Positions 24,001 to 36,569 of a stretch of 64,000 bases of DNA are shown here, piece by piece. Location of the stretch: NCBI RefSeq assembly GCF_032444005.1, contig NW_027193546.1, forward strand, positions 682,001 to 746,000. Reading direction: 5' to 3'. Made by a program: the position numbers and the translations under genes. The DNA comes from Ranitomeya imitator (Eukaryota). Numbering within the stretch: the stretch's first letter is position 1; each line of letters opens with the position of its first letter. The notes under the pieces are model-generated. The model was not told the origin of the DNA, ran no database searches, and was given only the letters and a program-made list of their open reading frames with translations.

Positions 24001-27000
24001 CTCTGATCATACAGCTCTGCGGGGAGGAGGTGGTGGCTCTGATCATACAGCTCTGCGGGGAGGAGGAGATGGCACTGATCATACAGCTCTGCGGGGAGGA
24101 GGTGGTGGCACTGAACATACAGCTCTGCGGGGAGGAGGTGGTGGCTCTGATCATACTGCTCTGCGGGGAGGAGGTGGTGGTACTGATCATACAGCTGTGC
24201 GGGGAGGAGGTGATTTCTCTGATCATACAGCTCTGCAGGGAGGAGGTGGTGGCTCTGATCATACAGCTCTGCGGGGAGGAGGTGGTGGCTCTGATCATAC
24301 AGCTCTGCGGGGAGGAGGAGGTGGCACTGATCATACAGCTCTGCGGGGAGGAGGTGGTGGCACTGATCATACAGCTCTGCGGGGAGGAGGTGGTGGCACT
24401 GATCATACAGCTCTGCGGGGAGGAGGTGGTGGCACTGATCATACAGCTCTGCGGGGAGGAGGAGGTGGCTCTGATCATACAGCTCTGCGGGGAGGAGGAG
24501 GTGGCACTGATCATACAGCTCTGCGGGGAGGAGGTGGTGGCACTGATCATACAGCTCTGCGGGGGAGAAGGTGGTGGCACTGATCATACAGCTCTGCGGG
24601 GTGGAGGTGATTTCTCTGATCATACAGCTCTGCAGGGAGGAGTAGGTGGTGGCACTGATGATACAGCTCTGCGGGGAGGAGGTGGTGGCACTGATCATAC
24701 AGCTCTGCGGGGTGGAGGTGATTTCTCTGATCATACAGCTCTGCGGGGAGAAGGAGGTGGCACTGATCATACAGCTCTGCGGGGAGGAGGTGGTGGCACT
24801 GATCATACAGCTCTGCGGGGAGGAGGAGGTGGCTCTGATCATACAGCTCTGCGGGGAGGAGGAGGTGGCACTGATCATACAGCTCTGCGGGGAGGAGGTG
24901 GTGGCACTGATCATACAGCTCTGCGGGGAGGAGGTGGTGGCACTGATCATACAGCTCTGCGGGGAGGAGGTGGTGGCACTGATTATACAGCTCTGCGGGG
25001 AGAGGGTGGTGGCTCTGATCATACAGCTCTGCGGGGAGGAGGTGGTGGCTCTGATCATACAGCTCTGCGGGGTGGAGGTGATTTCTCTGATCATACAGCT
25101 CTGCGGGGTGGAGGTGGTGGCACTGATTATACAGCTCTGCGGGGAGGAAGTGGTGGCTCTGATCATACAGCTCTGCGGGGGAGAAGGTGGTGGCACTGAT
25201 CATACAGCTCTGCGGGGTGGAGGTGATTTCTCTGATCATACAGCTCTGCAGGGAGGAGTAGGTGGTGGCACTGATGATACAGCTCTGCGGGGAGGAGGTG
25301 GTGGCACTGATCATACAGCTCTGCGGGGTGGAGGTGATTTCTCTGATCATACAGCTCTGCGGGGAGGAGGAGGTGGCACTGATCATACAGCTCTGCGGGG
25401 AGGAGGTGGTGGCACTGATCATACAGCTCTGCGGGGAGGAGGTGGTGGCTCTGATCATACTGCTCTGCGGGGAGGAGGTGGTGGTACTGATCATACAGCT
25501 GTGCGGGGAGGAGGTGATTTCTCTGATCATACAGCTCTGCAGGGAGGAGGTGGTGGCTCTGATCATACAGCTCTGCGGGGAGGAGGTGGTGGCTCTGATC
25601 ATACAGCTCTGCGGGGAGGAGGAGGTGGCACTGATCATACAGCTCTGCGGGGAGGAGGTGGTGGCACTGATCATACAGCTCTGCGGGGAGGAGGTGGTGG
25701 CACTGATCATACAGCTCTGCGGGGAGGAGGTGGTGGCACTGATCATACAGCTCTGCGGGGAGGAGGAGGTGGCTCTGATCATACAGCTCTGCGGGGAGGA
25801 GGAGGTGGCACTGATCATACAGCTCTGCGGGGAGGAGGTGGTGGCACTGATCATACAGCTCTGCGGGGGAGAAGGTGGTGGCACTGATCATACAGCTCTG
25901 CGGGGTGGAGGTGATTTCTCTGATCATACAGCTCTGCAGGGAGGAGTAGGTGGTGGCACTGATGATACAGCTCTGCGGGGAGGAGGTGGTGGCACTGATC
26001 ATACAGCTCTGCGGGTGGAGGTGATTTCTCTGATCATACAGCTCTGCGGGGAGAAGGAGGTGGCACTGATCATACAGCTCTGCGGGGAGGAGGTGGTGGC
26101 ACTGATCATACAGCTCTGCGGGGAGGAGGTGGTGGCACTGATCATACAGCTCTGCGGGGAGGAGGTGGTGGCACTGATTATACAGCTCTGCGGGGAGAGG
26201 GTGGTGGCTCTGATCATACAGCTCTGCGGGGAGGAGGTGGTGGCTCTGATCATACAGCTCTGCGGGGTGGAGGTGATTTCTCTGATCATACAGCTCTGCG
26301 GGGTGGAGGTGGTGGCACTGATTATACAGCTCTGCGGGGAGGAAGTGGTGGCTCTGATCATACAGCTCTGCGGGGGAGAAGGTGGTGGCACTGATCATAC
26401 AGCTCTGCGGGGTGGAGGTGATTTCTCTGATCATACAGCTCTGCAGTGAGGAGTAGGTGGTGGCACTGATGATACAGCTCTGCGGGGAGGAGGTGGTGGC
26501 ACTGATCATACAGCTCTGCGGGGTGGAGGTGATTTCTCTGATCATACAGCTCTGCAGGGAGGAGTAGGTGGTGGCACTGATGATACAGCTCTGCGGGGAG
26601 GAGGTGGTGGCACTGATCATACAGCTCTGCGGGGAGGAGGTGGTGGCTCTGATCATACAGCTCTGCGGGGAGGAGGTGGTGGCTCTGATCATGCAGCTCT
26701 GCGGGGAGGAGGTGGTGGCACTGATCATACAGCTGTGCGGGGAGGAGGTGGTGGCACTGATCATACAGCTCTGCGGGGAGGAGGTGGTGGCTCTGATCAT
26801 ACAGCTCTGCGGGGAGGAGGTGGTGGTACTGATCATACAGCTGTGCGGGGAGGAGGTGATTTCTCTGATCATACAGCTCTGCAGGGAGGAGGTGGTGGCT
26901 CTGATCATACAGCTCTGCGGGGAGGAGGAGGTGGCACTGATCATACAGCTCTGCGGGGAGGAGGTGGTGGCACTGATCATACAGCTCTGCGGGGAGGAGG

Positions 27001-30000
27001 TGGTGGCACTGATCATACAGCTCTGCGGGGAGGAGGTGGTGGCACTGATCATACAGCTCTGCGGGGAGGAGGAGGTGGCACTGATCATACAGCTCTGCGG
27101 GGAGGAGGTGGTGGCACTGATCATACAGCTCTGCGGGGAGGAGGTGGTGGCACTGATCATACAGCTCTGCGGGGAGGAGGTGGTGGCACTGATCGTACAG
27201 CTCTGCGGGGAGGAGGTGGTGGCACTGATCATACAGCTCTGCAGGGAGGAGGTGGTGGCACTGATCATACAGCTCTGCGGGGAGAAGGTGTTGGCACTGA
27301 TCATACAGCTCTCCGGGGAGGAGGTGATTTCTCTGATCATACAGCTCTGCAGGGAGGAGGAGGTTATGGCTCTGATCATACAGGTCTGAGGGGAGTAGGT
27401 GGTGGCTCTGATCATACAGCTCTGCGGGGAGAGGGTGGTGGCACTGATCATACAGCTCTGCGGGGAGGAGGTGATGGCTCTGATCCTACAGCTCTGCGGG
27501 GAGAATGTGGTGGTTCTGATCATACAGCTCTGCGGGGAGAAGGTGGTGGCACTGATCATACAGCTCTCCGGGGAGGAGGTGATTTCTCTGATCATACAGC
27601 TCTGCAGGGAGGAGGTGGTGGCTCTGATCATACAGCTCTGTGGGGAGGAGGTGGTGGCTCTGATCATGCAGCTCTGCGGGGAGGAGGTGGTGTCACTGAT
27701 CATACAGCTGTGCGGGGAGGAGGTGGTGGCACTGACCATACAGCTCTGCGGGGACGAGGTGGTGGCACTGATCATACAGCTGTGCGGGGAGGAGGTGATT
27801 TCTCTGATCATACAGCTCTGCAGGGAGGAGGTGGTGGCTCTGATCATACAGCTCTGCGGGGAGGAGGTGGTGGCACTGATCATACAGCTCTGCGGGGTGG
27901 AGGTGATTTCTCTGATCAGACAGCTCTGCAGGGAGGAGTAGGTGGTGGCACTGATGATACAGCTCTGCGGGGAGGAGGTGGTGGCACTGATCATACAGCT
28001 CTGCGGGGTGGAGGTGATTTCTCTGATCAGACAGCTCTGCAGGGAGGAGTAGGTGGTGGCACTGATGATACAGCTCTGCGGGGAGGAGGTGGTGGCACTG
28101 ATCATACAGCTCTGCGGGGAGGAGGAGGTGGCACTGATCATACAGCTCTGCGGGGAGGAGGTGGTGGCACTGATCATACAGCTCTGCGGGGAGGAGGTGG
28201 TGGCACTGATCATACAGCTCTGCGGGGAGGAAGTGGTGGCACTGATCATACAGCTCTGCGGGGAGGAGGTGGTGGCACTGATCGTACAGCTCTGCGTGGA
28301 GGAGGTGGTGGCACTGATCATACAACTCTGCAGGGAGGAGGTGATGGCACTGATCATACAGCTCTGCGGGGAGAAGGTGTTGGCACTGATCATACAGCTC
28401 TCCGGGGAGGAGGTGATTTCTCTGATCATACAGCTCTGCAGGGAGGAGGAGGTTATGGCTCTGATCATACAGGTCTGAGGGGAGTAGGTGGTGGCTCTGA
28501 TCATACAGCTCTGCGGGGAGAGGGTGGTGGCACTGATCATACAGCTCTGCGGGGAGGAGGTGATGGCTCTAATCCTACAGCTCTGCGAGGAGAATGTGGT
28601 GGCTCTGATCATACAGCTCTGCGGGGAGTAGGTGGTGGCACTGATCATACGGCTCTCCGGGGAGGAGGTGATTTCTCTGATCATACAGCTCTGCAGGGAG
28701 GAGGTGGTGGCTCTGATCATACAGCTCTGCGGAGAGGAGGTGGTGGCTCTGATCATGCAGCTCTGCGGGGAGGAGGTGGTGGCACTGATCATACAGCTGT
28801 GCGGGGAGGAGGTGGTGGCACTGATCATACAGCTCTGCGGGGAGGAGGTGGTGGTACTGATCATACAGCTGTGCGGGGAGGAGGTGATTTCTCTGATCAT
28901 ACAGCTCTGCAGGGAGGAGGTGGTGGCTCTGATCATACAGCTCTGCGGGGAGGTTGAGGTGGCACTGATCATACAGCTCTGCGGGGAGGAGGTGATGGCA
29001 CTGATCATACAGCTCTGCGGGGAGGAGGTGGTGGCACTGATCATACAGCTCTGCGGGGAGGAGGTGGTGGCACTGATCATGCAGCTCTGCGGGGAGGAGG
29101 AGGTGGCACTGATCATACAGCTCTGCGGGGAGGAGGTGGTGGCACTGATCATACAGCTCTGCGGGGAGGAGGTGGTGGCACTGATCATACAGCTCTGCGG
29201 GGAGGAGGTGGTGGCACTGATCATACAGCTCTGCGGGGAGGAGGTGGTGGCACTGATCATACAGCTCTGCGGGGAGGAGGTGATTTCTCTGATCATACAG
29301 CTCTGCAGGGAGGAGGTGGTGGCTCTGATCATACAGCTCTGCGGGGAGGAGGTGGTGGCTCTGATCATACAGCTCTGCGGGGAGGAGGTGGTGGTACTGA
29401 TCATACAGCTGTGCGGGGAGGAGGTGATTTCTCTGATCATACAGCTCTGCAGGGAGGAGGTGGTGGCTCTGATCATACAGCTCTGCGGGGAGGAGGTGGT
29501 GGCTCTGATCATACAGCTCTGCGGGGAGGAGGAGGTGGCACTGATCATACAGCTCTGCGGGGAGGAGGTGGTGGCACTGATCATACAGCTCTGCGGGGAG
29601 GAGGTGGTGGCACTGATCATACAGCTCTGCGGGGAGGAGGTGGTGGCACTGATCATACAGCTCTGCGGGGAGGAGGAGGTGGCTCTGATCATACAGCTCT
29701 GCGGGGAGGAGGTGGTGGCTCTGATCATACAGCTCTGCGGGGAGGAGGTGGTGGCTCTGATCATACAGCTCTGCGGGGAGGAGGTGGTGGTACTGATCAT
29801 ACAGCTGTGCGGGGAGGATGTGATTTCTCTGATCATACAGCTCTGCAGGGAGGAGGTGGTGGCTCTGATCATACAGCTCTGCGGGGAGGAGGAGGTGGCA
29901 CTGATCATACAGCTCTGCGGGGAGGAGGTGGTGGCACTGATCATACAGCTCTGCGGGGAGGAGGTGGTGGCACTGATCATACAGCTCTGCGGGGAGGAGG

Positions 30001-33000
30001 TGGTGGCACTGATCATACAGCTCTGCGGGGAGGAGGAGGTGGCACTGATCATACAGCTCTGCGGGGAGGAGGTGGTGGCACTGATCATACAGCTCTTCGG
30101 GGAGGAGGTGGTGGCACTGATCATACAGCTCTGCGGGGAGAAGGTGTTGGCACTGATCATACAGCTCTCCGGGGAGGAGGTGATTTCTCTGATCATACAG
30201 CTCTGCAGGGAGGAGGAGGTTATGGCTCTGATCATACAGGTCTGAGGGGAGTAGGTGGTGGCTCTGATCATACAGCTCTGCGGGGAGAGGGTGGTGGGAC
30301 TGATCATACAGCTCTGCGGGGAGGAGCTGATGGCTCTGATCCTACAGCTCTGCGGGGAGAATGTGGTGGCTCTGATCATACAGCTCTGCGGGGAGAAGGT
30401 GGTGGCACTGATCATACGGCTCTCCGGGGAGGAGGTGATTTCTCTGATCATACAGCTCTGCAGGGAGGAGGTGGTGGCTCTGATCATACAGCTCTGCGGG
30501 GAGGAGGTGGTGGCTCTGATCATGCAGCTCTGCGGGGAGGAGGTGGTGGCACTGATCATACAGCTGTGCGGGGAGGAGGTGGTGGCACTGATCATACAGC
30601 TCTGCGGGGAGGAGGTGGTGGTACTGATCATACAGCTGTGCGGGGAGGAGGTGATTTCTCTGATCATACAGCTCTGCAGGGAGGAGGTGGTGGCTCTGAT
30701 CATACAGCTCTGCGGGGAGGAGGAGGTGGCACTGATCATATAGCTCTGCGGGGAGGAGGTGGTGGCACTGATCATACAGCTCTGCGGGGGAGAAGGTGGT
30801 GGCACTGATCATACAGCTCTGCGGGGTGGAGGTGATTTCTCTGATCATACAGCTCTGCAGGGAGGAGTAGGTGGTGGCACTGATGATACAGCTCTGCGGG
30901 GAGGAGGTGGTGGCACTGATCATACAGCTCTGCGGGGAGGAGGTGGTGGCTCTGATCATACAGCTCTGCGGGGAGGAGGTGGTGGCTCTGATCATGCAGC
31001 TCTGCGGGGAGGAGGTGGTGGCACTGATCATACAGCTCTGCGGGGAGGAGGTGGTGGCTCTGATCATACAGCTCTGCGGGGAGGAGGTGGTGGTACTGAT
31101 CATACAGCTGTGCGGGGAGGAGGTGATTTCTCTGATCATACAGCTCTGCAGGGAGGAGGTGGTGGCTCTGATCATACAGCTCTGCAGGGAGGAGGAGGTG
31201 GCACTGATCATACAGCTCTGCGGGGAGGAGGTGGTGGCACTGATCATACAGCTCTGCGGGGAGGAGGTGGTGTCACTGATCATACAGCTCTGCGGGGAGG
31301 AGGTGGTGGCACTGATCATACAGCTCTGCGGGGAGGAGGAGGTGGCACTGATCATACAGCTCTGCGGGGAGGAGGTGGTGGCACTGATCATACAGCTCTG
31401 CGGGGAGGAGGTGGTGGCACTGACCATACAGCTCTGCGGGGAGGAGGTGGTGGCACTGATCATACAGCTCTGCGGGGAGGAGGTGGTGGCACTGATCATA
31501 CAGCTCTGCGGGGAGGAGGTGGTGGCACTGATCGTACAGCTCTGCGGGGAGGAGGTGGTGGCACTGATTCTACAGCTCTGCAGGGAGGAGGTGGTGGCAC
31601 TGATCCTACAGCTCTGCGGGGAGAATGTGGTGGCTCTGATCATACAGCTCTGCGGGGAGAAGGTGGTGGCACTGATCATACGGCTCTCCGGAGAGGAGGT
31701 GATTTCTCTGATCATACAGCTCTGCAGGGAGGAGGTGGTGGCTCTGATCATACAGCTCTGCGGGGAGGAGGTTGTGGCTCTGATCATGCAGCTCTGCGGG
31801 GAGGAGGTGGTGGCACTGATCATACAGCTGTGCGGGGAGGAGGTGGTGGCACTGATCATACAGCTGTGCGGGGAGGAGGTGGTGGCACTGATCATACAGC
31901 TGTGCGGGGAGGAGGTGGTGGCACTGATCATACAGCTCTGCGGGGAGGAGGTGGTGGTGCTGGTCATACAGCTGTGCGGGGAGGAGGTGATTTCTCTGAT
32001 CATACAGCTCTGCAGGGAGGAGGTGGTGGTACTTATCATACAGCTGTGCGGGGAGGAGGTGATTTCTCTGATCATACAGCTCTGCAGGGAGGAGGTGGTG
32101 GCACTGATCATACAGCTCTGCGGGGAGGAGATGGTGGCACTGATCATACAGCTCTGCGGGGAGGAGGTGGTGGCACTGATCATACAGCTCTGCGGGGAGG
32201 AGGTGGTGGCACTGATCATACAGCTCTGCGGGGAGGAGGTGATTTCTCTGATCATACAGCTCTGCAGGGAGGAGGTGGTGGCTCTGATCATACAGCTCTG
32301 CGGGGAGGAGGTGGTGGCTCTGATCATACAGCTCTGCGGGGAGGAGGTGGTGGTACTGATCATACAGCTGTGCGGGGAGGAGGTGATTTCTCTGATCATA
32401 CAGCTCTGCAGGGAGGAGGTGGTGGCTCTGATCATACAGCTCTGCGGGGAGGAGGTGGTGGCTCTGATCATACAGCTCTGCGGGGAGGAGGAGGTGGCAC
32501 TGATCATACAGCTCTGCGGGGAGGAGGTGGTGGCACTGATCATACAGCTCTGCGGGGAGGAGGTGGTGGCACTGATCATACAGCTCTGCGGGGAGGAGGT
32601 GGTGGCACTGATCATACAGCTCTGCGGGGAGGAGGAGGTGGCTCTGATCATACAGCTCTGCGGGGAGGAGGAGGTGGCACTGATCATACAGCTCTGCGGG
32701 GAGGAGGTGGTGGCACTGATCATACAGCTCTGCGGGGAGGAGGTGGTGGCACTGATCATACAGCTCTGCGTGGAGGAGGTGGTGGCACTGATTATACAGC
32801 TCTGCGGGGAGAGGGTGGTGGCTCTGATCATACAGCTCTGCGGGGAGGAGGTGGTGGCTCTGATCATACAGCTCTGCGGGGTGGAGGTGATTTCTCTGAT
32901 CATACAGCTCTGCGGGGTGGAGGTGGTGGCACTGAATATACAGCTCTGCGGGGAGGAAGTGGTGGCTCTGATCATACAGCTCTGCGGGGGAGAAGGTGGT

Positions 33001-33540
33001 GGCACTGATCATACAGCTCTGCGGGGTGGAGGTGATTTCTCTGATCATACAGCTCTGCAGGGAGGAGTAGGTGGTGGCACTGATGATACAGCTCTGCGGG
33101 GAGGAGGTGGTGGCACTGATCATACAGCTCTGCGGGGTGGAGGTGATTTCTCTGATCATACAGCTCTGCGGGGAGGAGGAGGTGGCACTGATCATACAGC
33201 TCTGCGGGGAGGAGGTGGTGGCACTGATCATACAGCTCTGCGGGGAGGAGGTGGTGGCTCTGATCATACAGCTCTGCGGGGAGGAGGTGGTGGTACTGAT
33301 CATACAGCTGTGCGGGGAGGAGGTGATTTCTCTGATCATACAGCTCTGCAGGGAGGAGGTGGTGGCTCTGATCATACAGCTCTGCGGGGAGGAGGTGGTG
33401 GCTCTGTTCATACAGCTCTGCGGGGAGGAGGAGGTGGCACTGATCATACAGCTCTGCGGGGAGGAGGTGGTGGCACTGATCATACAGCTCTGCGGGGAGG
33501 AGGTGGTGGCACTGATCATACAGCTCTGCGGGGAGGAGGT
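21038..33540. repeat. 36-bp satellite, block 2 (~12.5 kb, ~345 monomers)
   Basis: Same monomer with ordered variants; starts ~400 bp upstream of the H3 ATG. Confidence 0.98.
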
Positions 33541-36500
33541 AACATAGTAACATAGTAACATAGTTAGTAAGGCCAAAAAAAGACATTTGTCCATCCAGTT
33601 CAGCCTATATTCCATCATAATAAATACCCAGATCTACGTCCTTCTACAGAACCTAATAATTGTATGATACAATATTGTTCTGCTCCAGGAAGACATCCAG
33701 GCCTCTCTTGAACCCCTCGACTGTGTTCGCCATCACCACCTCCTCAGGCAAGCAATTCCAGATTCTCACTGCCCTAACAGTAAAGAATCCTCTTCTATGT
33801 TGGTGGAAAAACCTTCTCTCCTCCAGACGCAAATAATGCCCCCTTGTGCCCCTCACCTTCCTTGGTATAAACAGATCCTCAGCGAGATATTTGTATTGTC
33901 CCCTTATATACTTATACATGGTTATTAGATCACCCCTCAGTCGTCTTTTTTCTAGACTAAATAATCCTAATTTCGCTAATCTATCTGGGTATTGTAGTTC
34001 TCCCATCCCCTTTATTAATTTTGTTGCCCTCCTTTGTACTCTCTCTAGTTCCATTATATCCTTCCTGAGCACCGGTGCCCAAAACTGGACACAGTACTCC
34101 ATGTGCGGTCTAACTAGGGATTTGTACAGAGGCAGTATAATGCTCTCATCATGTGTATCCAGACCTCTTTTAATGCACCCCATGATCCTGTTTGCCTTGG
34201 CAGCTGCTGCCTGGCACTGGCTGCTCCAGGTAAGTTTATCATTAACTAGGATCCCCAAGTCCTTCTCCCTGTCAGATTTACCCAGTGATTTCCCGTTCAG
34301 TGTGTAATGGTGATATTGATTCCCTCTTCCCATGTGTATAACCTTACATTTATCATTGTTAAACCTCATCTGCCACCTTTCAGCCCAAGTTTCCAACTTA
34401 TCCAGATCCATCTGTAGCAGAATACTATCTTCTCTTGTATTAACTGCTTTACATAGTTTTGTATCATCTGCAAATATCGATATTTTACTGTGTAAACCTT
34501 CTACCAGATCATTAATGAATATGTTGAAGAGAACAGGTCCCAATACTGACCCCTGCGGTACCCCACTGGTCACAGCGACCCAGTTAGAGACTATACCATT
34601 TATAACCACCCTCTGCTTTCTATCACTAAGCCAGTTACTAACCCATTTACACACATTTTCCCCCAGACCAAGCATTCTCATTTTGTGTACCAACCTCTTG
34701 TGCGGCACGGTATCAAACGCTTTGGAAAAATCGAGATATACCACGTCCAATGACTCACCGTGGTCCAGTCTATAGCTTACCTCTTCATAAAAACTGATTA
34801 GATTGGTTTGACAGGAGCGAGTTCTCATAAACCCATGCTGATATGGAGTTAAACAGTTATTCTCATTGAGATAATCCAGAATAACATCCCTCAGAAACCC
34901 TTCAAATATTTTACCAACAATAGAGGTTAGACTTACTGGCCTATAATTTCCAGGTTCACTTTTAGAGCCCTTTTTGAATATTGGCACCACATTTGCTATG
35001 CGCCAGTCCTGCGGAACAGACCCTGTCGCTATAGAGTCACTAAAAATAAGAAATAATGGTTTATCTATTACATTACTTAGTTCTCTTAGTACTCGTGGGT
35101 GTATGCCATCCGGACCTGGAGATTTATCTATTTTAATCTTATTTAGCCGGTTTCGCACCTCTTCTTGGGTTAGATTGGTGACTCTTAATATAGGGTTTTC
35201 ATTGTTTCTTGGGATTTCACCTAGCATTTCATTTTCCACCGTGAATACCGTGGAGAAGAAGGTGTTTAATATGTTAGCTTTTTCCTCGTCATCTACAACC
35301 ATTCTTTCCTCACTATTTTTTAAGGGGCCTACATTTTCAGTTTTTATTCTTTTACTATTGATATAGTTGAAGAACAGTTTGGGATTAGTTTTACTCTCCT
35401 TAGCAATGTGCTTCTCTGTTTCCTTTTTGGCAGCTTTAATTAGTTTTTTAGATAAAGTATTTTTCTCCCTATAGTTTTGTAGAGCTTCAATGGTGCCATC
35501 CTGCTTTAGTAGTGCAAATGCTTTCTTTTTACTGTTAATTGCCTGTCTTACTTCTTTGTTTAGCCACATTGGGTTTTTCCTATTTCTAGTCCTTTTATTC
35601 CCACAAGGTATAAACCGCTTACACTGCCTATTTAATGTGTTCTTAAACATTTCCCATTTATTATCTGTATTCTCATTTCTGAGGATATTGTCCCAGTCTA
35701 CCAGATTAAGGGCATCTCTAAGCTGTTCAAACTTTGCCTTCCTAAAGTTCAGTGTTTTTGTGACTCCCTGACAAGTCCCCCTAGTGAAAGACAGGTGAAA
35801 CTGCACAATATTGTGGTCGCTATTTCCTAAATGCCCAACCACCTGCAGATTTGTTATTCTGTCAGGTCTATTAGATAGTATTAGGTCTAAAAGTGCTGCT
35901 CCTCTGGTTGGATTCTGCACCAATTGTGAAAGATAATTTTTCTTGGTTATTAGCAGAAACCTGTTGCCTTTATGGGTTTCACAGGTTTCTGTTTCCCAGT
36001 TAATATCCGGGTAGTTAAAGTCCCCCATAACCAGGACCTCATTATGGGTTGCAGCTTCATCTATTTGCTTTAGAAGTAGACTTTCCATGGTTTCTGTTAT
36101 ATTTGGGGGTTTGTAACAGACCCCAATGAGAATTTTGTTACCATTTTTCCCTCCATGAATTTCGACCCATATGGACTCCACATCCTCATTCCCTTCGCTA
36201 ATATCCTCCCTTAAAGTGGACTTTAGACAAGACTTTACATAGAGACAAACCCCTCCTCCTCTCCGATTTTTACGATCCTTTCTAAACAGACTGTAACCCT
36301 GTAAGTTAACTGCCCAGTCATAGCTTTCATCTAACCATGTCTCGGTTATTCCCACTATGTCAAAGTTACCTGTAGATATTTCTGCTTCTAGTTCTTCCAT
36401 CTTGTTTGTCAGGCTTCTGGCGTTTGCGAGCATGCAGTTTAGAGGATTTTGTTTTGTTCAAATCTCCTCACTGTGGATTGTTTTAGAAATGTTCTTACCT

Positions 36501-36569
36501 CCCTTCTGAGTATGTTTTCCTGGGTCGTCTTTGTTCGAGTCTAATGTTTTTCTTCCCGTCCCCTCTTCT
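33541..36569 (-). mobile_element. CR1-clade LINE, 5'-truncated (no ORF1), inserted in the satellite
   Basis: 3' (TATGTTAC)n tail at ~33541-33563; EN and RT domains; flanked by satellite on both sides with a 0-3 bp duplication. Confidence 0.95.
33653..36433 (-). CDS. CR1 ORF2: apurinic-like endonuclease plus reverse transcriptase, uninterrupted 926 aa
   Basis: NARSL, GITETW, MGDFN, SDHN (EN); KSPGPDG, YRPVSLTS, QHGF, YLDFSKAFD, GVPQGSVLGP, FADD (RT). Confidence 0.95.
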   Translation of the reverse strand: MLANARSLTNKMEELEAEISTGNFDIVGITETWLDESYDWAVNLQGYSLFRKDRKNRRGGGVCLYVKSCLKSTLREDISEGNEDVESIWVEIHGGKNGNKILIGVCYKPPNITETMESLLLKQIDEAATHNEVLVMGDFNYPDINWETETCETHKGNRFLLITKKNYLSQLVQNPTRGAALLDLILSNRPDRITNLQVVGHLGNSDHNIVQFHLSFTRGTCQGVTKTLNFRKAKFEQLRDALNLVDWDNILRNENTDNKWEMFKNTLNRQCKRFIPCGNKRTRNRKNPMWLNKEVRQAINSKKKAFALLKQDGTIEALQNYREKNTLSKKLIKAAKKETEKHIAKESKTNPKLFFNYINSKRIKTENVGPLKNSEERMVVDDEEKANILNTFFSTVFTVENEMLGEIPRNNENPILRVTNLTQEEVRNRLNKIKIDKSPGPDGIHPRVLRELSNVIDKPLFLIFSDSIATGSVPQDWRIANVVPIFKKGSKSEPGNYRPVSLTSIVGKIFEGFLRDVILDYLNENNCLTPYQHGFMRTRSCQTNLISFYEEVSYRLDHGESLDVVYLDFSKAFDTVPHKRLVHKMRMLGLGENVCKWVSNWLSDRKQRVVINGIVSNWVAVTSGVPQGSVLGPVLFNIFINDLVEGLHSKISIFADDTKLCKAVNTREDSILLQMDLDKLETWAERWQMRFNNDKCKVIHMGRGNQYHHYTLNGKSLGKSDREKDLGILVNDKLTWSSQCQAAAAKANRIMGCIKRGLDTHDESIILPLYKSLVRPHMEYCVQFWAPVLRKDIMELERVQRRATKLIKGMGELQYPDRLAKLGLFSLEKRRLRGDLITMYKYIRGQYKYLAEDLFIPRKVRGTRGHYLRLEERRFFHQHRRGFFTVRAVRIWNCLPEEVVMANTVEGFKRGLDVFLEQNNIVSYNY

